DNA of 64,000 bases from Candidatus Aenigmatarchaeota archaeon (lineage in GTDB: Archaea; Aenigmatarchaeota; Aenigmatarchaeia; GW2011-AR5; JACRAC01), in contig JACPJV010000039.1 in NCBI GenBank assembly GCA_016187395.1, forward strand, positions 5,663 through 69,662, written 5' to 3'. The notes beneath the pieces were generated by a model. The model was not told the DNA's origin. It was given only the letters and a program-made list of their open reading frames with translations, and did no database searches. Position 1 is the stretch's first letter; each line of letters starts with the position of its first letter. Shown here piece by piece: positions 59,801-64,000 of the stretch. The position numbers were made by a program, and so were the translations under genes.

Positions 59801-60381
59801 TCATAAACCGCAATACTATCGTAGCTTTCAAATGACCAGTAGCCAATCAGAGAATTGTTGAAGTCTATGAACATTGAGGTGTTTGAGTCGTCTGTCACGG
59901 ATGCGTTGATTTCAGCGTAGGTTTTGCTCGTGTTTGTGCCGTCTGCTGGCGTCAAGCCCTGGTATGAGATGGACGGAGGCACTGTATTGCGCGTGAAGTT
60001 TACTGTCGCGCCTGTTGCGTTCTCATCAGCGCTGCTTGTATTTGACCTTATGTAAGCGGTAAAATTATGCCTGCCGTCTGACGAGAAGTTTATCTGCATC
60101 CATGCGACAGTGCCGCTGAACGGAATCAACGAGAAGTTCTGCCTGTTGCCGCTCTGGTTTGTCCATTCTACCCTTGTCCCGACTGTATCTGTAAAATTAA
60201 TCGTCTCGTTGCTTGTTATATTGACGGTGAAGTTGTTGCGGTTTGTAAAGGAGTTTTCAAGAGGCGTGGGTGTTGCGTAATCAACGCTCGGCGCAGCGAA
60301 GACAGGCATTGCCAGCACGAGCAGCGCCAGCAGCATCAGTAGTGCTACGCTGCTGCCTGCTGTTTTGCTGTTCCTTTTCAT
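50836..60381 (-). CDS. Giant (3181 aa) membrane-anchored surface glycoprotein with two LamG domains and many Ig-like repeats
   Basis: Signal peptide, LamG motifs, tandem PAxGTNTxDTTPE...EGRDRAGN repeats, T-rich/G-rich linker, two TM helices, terminal CSDGVDNDRDGKTDYP module. Confidence 0.93.
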   Translation of the reverse strand: MKRNSKTAGSSVALLMLLALLVLAMPVFAAPSVDYATPTPLENSFTNRNNFTVNITSNETINFTDTVGTRVEWTNQSGNRQNFSLIPFSGTVAWMQINFSSDGRHNFTAYIRSNTSSADENATGATVNFTRNTVPPSISYQGLTPADGTNTSKTYAEINASVTDDSNTSMFIDFNNSLIGYWSFESYDSIAVYDNSTYKLKATYATQASANNIVAGYYGNGFIVNISGSCSSCGLNATNATPFYFQTGLTLEAWVIMHENTTLVKYIVGKRQAWELTSDRTNEIQLTIINQTGSTSLSSNAGIDGDGKWHHIAGTWNGTTMLVYLDGNIKNSRALGGLLNLSQWRVFLGGRDNINTGSNQTSDEVRIWSRALSAEEINASMNSRFYGSTGSVFANFTGLSDARHNYSVYAIDQAGNLNITPLRTVTVDTTPPTVTQPLFNITNANDYITANTTTTDNLASSLSVYFNWSVNSVFCCQLNYTGIASGTVVNSTFNRINSSAFGGPGVSYKPGDNITVTAWAEDGLTNSTPLNNSIIVDNIPPAITFQGQTPAHGTNTTQTWAFINASVSDNLYNTSAFIDFNRLLVMYLSFEYGNGTFDNSTYGNNLTSFGGVSSEGNLTTGYYGKGLRFVEYDSSDTGRAVVSNHSSFNILSALTIEFWVIRYSAVGNDVYISKDTGSTVNPFRVVATSTGTVQFQTRNETSLQTLSSSSSLNNNQWYHVAAVWNGTNKMIYVNGVVDASVAFGGLLNVSTGSVGIGGAQVGTNVANATLDEVKIWSRALSEQEINASMRSAETQNTVYRNFTGLSNGIHNYSVYAIDQAGNLNITALRTMTVDTALPSGSYVFPTPANGENSTNTTWTFNATIDDTLTNINVVLFELDSTNYTASTNGTGRSVYANFTASGLSIATHNYTFWFNDTANNVNNTPRRNFTVLNPDTSGPAITFVSPTPASGLNTSTTAYTFNVTVIDAATNIDAVVFEWNRANESAPKNSSGISVYSNVTKSSLADGTYVYKFFANDTLNNVNQSGLQSITIDATLPNITMTIPANGTNTTDTTPEVTFNITDNIFTDLAYRVYADSTLNGEGNTTNSTITRYNLTSQADGTYTVRVEGRDRAGNSRNASTTITIDTAAPAGEITSPAAGTNTSDTTPEVSFNFTDNVFAGTNGIEFRVYVDSTIRAEGNTTNNTATKANVSAQANGTYAIRVEGRDRAGNAANTTSINITVDDTVPTSTITSPAHGTNTSDTTPEITFNITDNVFAGTNGIEYRVYVNTALNGQGNTTNNTVTKFNLTAQSNGTFAIRVEGRDRAGNSANSTPINITVDDTNPTSTITSPAAGTNTTDTTPEVTFNITDNIFTDLAYRVYVDSTLNGEGNTTNSTITRYNLTSQSDGTYTIRVEGRDRAANAANASTTITIDTTAPQGTYVSPTPASGINTSTAGYTFNVTITDNFLYIDSVLFEWNRANISTAKNASGLSIYSNFTNSSIADGTYVYKFWFNDTLGNLNQSELRNITVDATAPNVTLASPTPAEGLNTSTQAQTFNASYVDALLPLDSCRIEIDGSNSSAQSSKSGNTGSCYNSTTLSEGTHRVKLWANDTAGNNRDSAMRNITVDITAPTVSFTSPTPADGTNTSNATIVLNVTVSDSLLPIDAVLLEFNGVNESAPKNGTGISAYSNVTKSLTFGTHNYSFWANDSAGNSVQSAKRNVTGIYPNLYSIKTYVNDSNVSNSYFANSSRVKILALGDYTGKIAPRITIKDSSGSVKASAAAMSNDSAAEFFYTYVINGTYGWWNVTIGTTERSQVFYVGRLWQSNFTDADGSSFPFRLELNVREPNTTERYWDFVDVLVNYTYGTHNNSVRLTIFNGTHDLEIPVQIYDLYQGGDRVNHSRLVFVDSLGKNENRTYFIHYARSDRGSGNYYSPNMSITNVSTYYTISALGYNVTLNNSAGGVMQSAFSKLGNSSDLRGNNPMQITPQVEKAAGTCGAAQDTAPTVTIDNGPVMVRYRVKGTMGTCSIDYNITYAFFVQAPYFMLEINTSSRESSSWVSYFDTKIFGQDGFFNNVVWRNSSGIFTNTVGSGDGTDYLSQNGILFAGFYSNSTANAVGEVFLNRSQSISGTPSVDISDNSDNENYIRKTASSVSVGITDYFWSRNARVIWNGHGDFTVLNETYTQLSNALMTGFGVNQTNDNLNPVFNESSFSPASPNDSAAVTCNSFWTDNIELDTATITVNATNYNALLTQSLIGQNSTRVNATINASTLEAGGGSCIITVTDVAGLSNSTTIRFNVTDVSAPSFNAVNNTPNVSAELDPNRAIAVTANISEFTNISLVRLEYKEVNASAFTLVTMTNSTGLPYTNLWNASFTPANESTWQYRVFANDTLGNNATSATTNLTISLDTTWVSGPESFGTLQVVLNTNGSLGNVTVNNTGDLSLDFKVTSDWEDKNEIFYNGTAEGTDGYSFTLAPGVNSTFNITVTAKTSERSDSLVITIDALNSSATPSSATSNATITSIAGGPFMSVAIAEYNISVTQNDTGIVLNATVQNRGNESATSAWLEWRLPSGWSVSNGSQNRSIGNLSVNAITSNRVVVSIASTADTGTKTITAFAGSAENKTGTDSKSVVVSALSANTTTTVTTTTTTTVSSGGGGGAAPAAAGGLTPEEKEKLLKTAEKFELVRGMDTAFQLSFGNPFDGRLENVRISVEGVLSRYVKIEPEIVRTIERGQTIPIKITIETPRYFTAGKHVLEFTIEGIINQSRKISETAEVIKYTKLVDKRTVTLVVFDVPPGEVLGRLNESLAVPEYMRSMGLGTRTAESLAARIRASIEDRDYNAAREAIEQMLQLKGQSQELAAAIGSLEINVEYARERSFDIRQSSRLLNLAKASAERENFQLAVERAKEGHLTYALETKGAFNLGFYLGENWLYVGAMAVALIVAGIILFVQIRLFVIRKSLRGLKKEQGILLGMIKELQVDAFRKKKMSIDEYKTALEQYEDRLSKVVQRSIELETMKKNVLHFTSRRITLLQERENLLRMVQDLQRKYVELRIVETRVYENRMHSFASRISEIEEQIALADAERALKKKFKFLPEMAKEAGVKKVPPPALTYVVVFAIIIGVAGMVLLNNPGIAGSVLHEASNFLHKAPQCSDGVDNDRDGKTDYPKDLGCADETDDEYIDKPPYFFFPYSPDNSTNHSLP

Positions 60382-60435
60382 GCGGTCACCTCTTTGTTTA
60401 AATATTCTTCGGGATTATGATTATTGGTGATTATC

Positions 60436-60699
60436 ATGGCTGAACTGAAAGTGGAGATACCTGAGGAGCTTGAGAAGGAGATCAGGGGACTTCCCGAAGA
60501 CGTTTCCAAATTTGTCAGGGAGGCGGTAGAGGAGAGACTTGCAGAATCAAGGTTGGAGAGGTCAAAGGATTTCAGAAAACTGCTGTTATCGGTGTTCAAC
60601 AGGATGACAGAGAACAGCAAACTCACTGAAGAGGACGCACTGGAGCTTGGACGGAAGGTAAATGAATCCGTGGCCAGAAAATACGGGTTGGTTAAATAA
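60436..60699 (+). CDS. RHH-type antitoxin
   Basis: ENSKLTEEDALELGRKVN shared with 25443-25670; precedes a PIN gene. Confidence 0.88.
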   Translation: MAELKVEIPEELEKEIRGLPEDVSKFVREAVEERLAESRLERSKDFRKLLLSVFNRMTENSKLTEEDALELGRKVNESVARKYGLVK

Positions 60700-60702
60700 G
60701 GT

Positions 60703-61152
60703 GTGCAAATGAAGCTCGTTGTGGATGCGAATGTCCTGTTTTCTTTTTTCAAGAAAGACAGCACAACCAGGAGAATAATTCTGGATCCTGATTTCAAATA
60801 CAATCTGGAATTATACGCTCCTGAATTTGTGATGGAAGAAATTGGCAGGCACAAAGATGAAATCTGTTCCATGTTTGGCATTGCTACGAAAGATTTTGAT
60901 ACGATGTTCATGGCAATAAAGTTGTTTGTTAGAATAGTTCCAAAAAACTCTTTTGAGGCATTCCTTCCGAAGGCAACCGAGGCGCTGTCGCCCCATATCA
61001 AAGATGCGCCATATGTAGCCCTTTCATTATGGCTGTATAGTGAAGGACACAAAATTAGACTCTGGTCTAATGAGAAGAGGCTGAGAACATTGGAGGAGCA
61101 TGGAGTAAGTGTAATTTCCACTTCCGGGCTTGTTGAAGAGTTTGGCTTATAG
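60703..61152 (+). CDS. PIN-domain toxin
   Basis: LVVDANVLFS, KDAPYVAL, WSNEKRL; paralog of 25035-25442. Confidence 0.9.
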   Translation: MQMKLVVDANVLFSFFKKDSTTRRIILDPDFKYNLELYAPEFVMEEIGRHKDEICSMFGIATKDFDTMFMAIKLFVRIVPKNSFEAFLPKATEALSPHIKDAPYVALSLWLYSEGHKIRLWSNEKRLRTLEEHGVSVISTSGLVEEFGL

Positions 61153-61284
61153 GTCTTTGCACCATGAAAATAGGCGTGGATGTTCTCATGGACTGCCCTT
61201 CGGGCAATAGGTCTGCTTTTCTTCAGATGCCTTTCTTTGCTCATTTCGTAGCTGTACTTCATACTTCCACCTCTTTCTTTTTCA

Positions 61285-61590
61285 TCATGAGCCACCACCT
61301 GCCTGGCTACCCTGCGAGATCCCGGGCGCTTCAGGCAATCCAAAGGATTCTGCCATCCCCTTTACCGCGGATTCCGGATGCTTCAGCTTGTAGATGCGCC
61401 TGCGGCTGTCTCCTGGGTCAAGGCGAATCTCAAGCCAGCCGTGCTTGTTCAGATGCGAAAGAATGAGGCTCACGAGGGCAGAGGGTTTCAGCGCATACTG
61501 CGCCTGCGCATAGGTGAATTCCTTGTCGCTGTAGAGAGAATAGAGTAGAGAATAGCGCTGCATCAGCCATTTTGGCAATGGTTTTGTCAC
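61285..61590 (-). CDS. Small winged-HTH protein
   Basis: LSHLNKHGWL...DPGDSRRRIYKL MarR-like wing motif. Confidence 0.75.
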   Translation of the reverse strand: MTKPLPKWLMQRYSLLYSLYSDKEFTYAQAQYALKPSALVSLILSHLNKHGWLEIRLDPGDSRRRIYKLKHPESAVKGMAESFGLPEAPGISQGSQAGGGS

Positions 61591-61720
61591 TAAAACTACC
61601 GCCTGACCACACTTTTCAGATTGTGTTAGATCATTATTGCATATCAGTTATGCAAGTTGTATAGATATTATACTGGATTTTGCCGGGATATATAAAATTA
61701 TCGGTGCTGTGAAGCTGGGT

Positions 61721-62189
61721 TTACAAGCAAAAGAAAGCCTCTGGCTTGAGTCAGAGGATGGATGCATAGGATTGCGTTTACTTAGGGTATGATAGATAGG
61801 AAGCCTCGGTCAAATCGATGAGGCTTGAAAGGCGAATGGACGTGATTGAATGGACATTCCTGCAGGAATGTCGGTTTGCCTTCGCTGCAGGAACTTCAGT
61901 TTGTAACTCGAGGCTGTCGGGCTAATGAAGCAACCACCCTATATAGTGAAACCACAAAATAAACAGGATATCATATTTGTGGTTTCACCGATAGTAAGCA
62001 AGGAATTATTATATCCTGATTTACAAGCAGTAACGAAGTTCCTGCTGTACAGAATGAGCTTCGCTCATTCTTGTATTCCTTGCATCACTATAACTGAGCA
62101 TTTCTACAGAGCCCTGATTTACAAGCAGAAGCAAAGCTTCTGCGGTACATGAGGAACGGAGTTCCTCATTGTATTCCTTGCATGACTAT
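61721..62189. mobile_element. Cluster: IS605-end-like hairpin (61721-61760), repeat shared with 8379, nested family G (61831-61903), family B+A (61942-62092), partial B+A (62112-62189)
   Basis: 62112-62180 is close to the reverse complement of 1846-1915; 61942-62092 is close to the reverse complement of 40893-41043. Confidence 0.85.
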
Positions 62190-62662
62190 GAAAGGCGATT
62201 TTGCCGCTTCATTGATTTGCCCTTCTTCCTGACCTTTGGCGGAAGGCCGAACTTTTTGCGCATGAGCTTTATTGCGCGCTTCTGCGCGTTTTCTATGCTC
62301 ATTCGTGGCTCCTCATGATGCCTTTCTTTGGCAGGATGGTTTGTCTGTGTAGGCTTGATATTCATCGTCTGCAGAAGCTCTCTACTGGTGTTCATCATAT
62401 TCTTTTCTGTTTCTTTACCCGTACCTGTGATGAAAACTTCTGCTGGCAAAGCGCTTGTTGCGTTCGGCATGAACGGCTCCAGGGAATTTCTCGCTGCCTT
62501 CAGCTTAAGGCTGTCGTTTTCCTCGCGGAGCCTCAGAATAATATCTTTCATGCTTGCTGCGGCGTCTTCGAACCCTGCATGCTTTTGCGTGGCATTCGCA
62601 ATGCGGGAAAGGCGCTCGTCTGCGCCTGCCGCCCTGCCAGCGGTGGTTTTGCCGGGCTTCAT
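62186..62662 (-). CDS. Hypothetical protein
   Basis: 158-aa ORF with a coiled-coil segment and basic tail; stop codon lies in a family B end. Confidence 0.6.
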   Translation of the reverse strand: MKPGKTTAGRAAGADERLSRIANATQKHAGFEDAAASMKDIILRLREENDSLKLKAARNSLEPFMPNATSALPAEVFITGTGKETEKNMMNTSRELLQTMNIKPTQTNHPAKERHHEEPRMSIENAQKRAIKLMRKKFGLPPKVRKKGKSMKRQNRLS

Positions 62663-62754
62663 GGACAGGATATGTTATTTTGGCGATATAAAGATGCTGC
62701 GAAATCTTTATGCTGCGTCATTTCCAACTATAGGCAAGAAAGCCTGGTGATTAC

Positions 62755-64000
62755 TTGGCGGATTCGCGGCAAGTGCCTGTGAGAAGCTACGCAGTTGTGT
62801 TTCTGGTTCTCGTGGCAGGCGTTGTGATAGTTTCTGTGGCAGAGCTGAATCTGACAGCCGGCGTAACTGCTGGCGGCTGCACTGACCCGGATGGAAACAA
62901 CACCTACGCACCAGGAACAGCGAAGGTTTACAGCTATGGAAGAGAAACCGCCTATGAGGACAGATGCATCAGCAATTTCGCCGTCATCGAATACAGCTGC
63001 AAGGCGTTCTACAGGCATGCAACGCGAAAATACGAGAAAAGACTTTTCTCAAATGCATATGAATGCCCCTTCGGGTGCTATAAGGGCGCGTGCCTGAGGC
63101 AGGACGAAGGCCCAAAATGTCTTGAAACAGACGCAGCGGATTTTGATGCCTACAAAGAAGGTGCCACAAGGGTTGCAGGCGGGAATGAACGATGGGATTA
63201 CTGTGAGGGAAATACGCTTGTTGAATACTCCTGCGATGCCGGCGGCCAGTATCTCGGAGAGAAGCGTTTTGACTGCGACTATGGCTGCGAATTTGGCGCA
63301 TGCCTCAGGCAGCCGAAAATTGTAACCGCACAATTCCGTGCATCCATTGCCGGGGTTTCAGACGACAATAAGCTCCTGAAGAACAGCCTGAAGAGTGGAA
63401 GCATCACAGGATACGTAAGGTACAGCCACAGGGCGCTTGCCGCAGCGCCGCCAACTGCTGTTTATGACTTTGGCGATTCGTTTCATCTTAATCTTCAGAT
63501 AGACGGCTATGGAGATCTGTCAAGAACAGAGGAGAGCGTAGGCCCGTATCCTTCTGAAGGCGGAGAGGCTGAAACTGTCGCAACAAATTATGTGCAATAC
63601 AGGCTTGGAACAGAAGAAGATTCAGGGGGTTTTGAAAGCGGCTCATTGGAAGTAACTGACAACGGGGAAAGCGGCGATGCTATTTCCATAGGCACAAAAG
63701 GCACAAGGCCGCTTTTCTGGTCGCAATCCGGAGACACGAACATCGTTGTAGAATCCATTTTCATTAATCTCAGGGATGAAAGCGGCGGCGCAATTTTGGA
63801 TAGCAGCCTTCCGCTTTCTTTTGATATTGATGCGTGGAAAAGCAGGGATTTAATTATACAATTTGCGTCTGCAAGCGACCCCCTGCAGAAAGGAACTATA
63901 AAGGCTGCTATAGACTGGCAGATGCGTGACTGCATCGATGCAGAGAATGGAAGGGACTATTATCGCGACATGGACGTATACCAGACTAACTTTAAGCAGG
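62755..64000 (+). CDS. Cys-rich exported protein, runs off the window end (absent from the ORF track)
   Basis: TTG after a GGTGA RBS; TM YAVVFLVLVAGVVIVSV; CTDPDG...DRC...EYSC...CPFGCYKGAC repeats; I read the frame open to 64000. Confidence 0.85.
   Translation, partial: MADSRQVPVRSYAVVFLVLVAGVVIVSVAELNLTAGVTAGGCTDPDGNNTYAPGTAKVYSYGRETAYEDRCISNFAVIEYSCKAFYRHATRKYEKRLFSNAYECPFGCYKGACLRQDEGPKCLETDAADFDAYKEGATRVAGGNERWDYCEGNTLVEYSCDAGGQYLGEKRFDCDYGCEFGACLRQPKIVTAQFRASIAGVSDDNKLLKNSLKSGSITGYVRYSHRALAAAPPTAVYDFGDSFHLNLQIDGYGDLSRTEESVGPYPSEGGEAETVATNYVQYRLGTEEDSGGFESGSLEVTDNGESGDAISIGTKGTRPLFWSQSGDTNIVVESIFINLRDESGGAILDSSLPLSFDIDAWKSRDLIIQFASASDPLQKGTIKAAIDWQMRDCIDAENGRDYYRDMDVYQTNFKQ

Noticed and set aside
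60378..61343. 321-aa minus-strand ORF upstream of the giant gene
   Set aside because: Antisense shadow of a clear antitoxin/PIN pair; Ser-rich composition typical of shadows

Overview
This is an archaeal window: it has an archaeal PCNA, an intron-split tRNA with bulge-helix-bulge junctions, GGTGA ribosome-binding sites and TTTAWA boxes. The gene style is DPANN-like, which is an inference. Housekeeping genes (msrA, P-type ATPase, HIT, RPA-like, dinB, pcn, KaiC/RAD55-like) are mixed with many secreted or surface proteins and toxin-antitoxin modules. Five things stand out. (1) A cassette array at 18.9-30.6 kb: eight variably 5'-truncated copies of the 3' end of one FN3-like protein-coding gene, all ending at the same stop codon, separate accessory genes (four ATPase-nuclease genes, a PIN TA pair, MNT-HEPN, HTH proteins, a peptidase). 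No integrase and no intact parent gene are in the window. (2) A candidate fimbrial system split by that array: a 2167-aa adhesin ending in a pilin-like domain, two tandem pilin-like plus membrane-anchored partner gene pairs, and a possible anchor protein. (3) Several families of small hairpin elements conserved in structure rather than sequence, which nest inside one another with TA duplication. (4) A tRNA-Thr(UGU) with two long introns (130 and 173 nt), one carrying such a hairpin. (5) Phage tail-collar/HxH-like modules and shuffled LamG modules in the giant surface proteins. A stand-alone CARF-HEPN gene is present, but no CRISPR array or cas operon. All family assignments are by eye from motifs; no database search was run.
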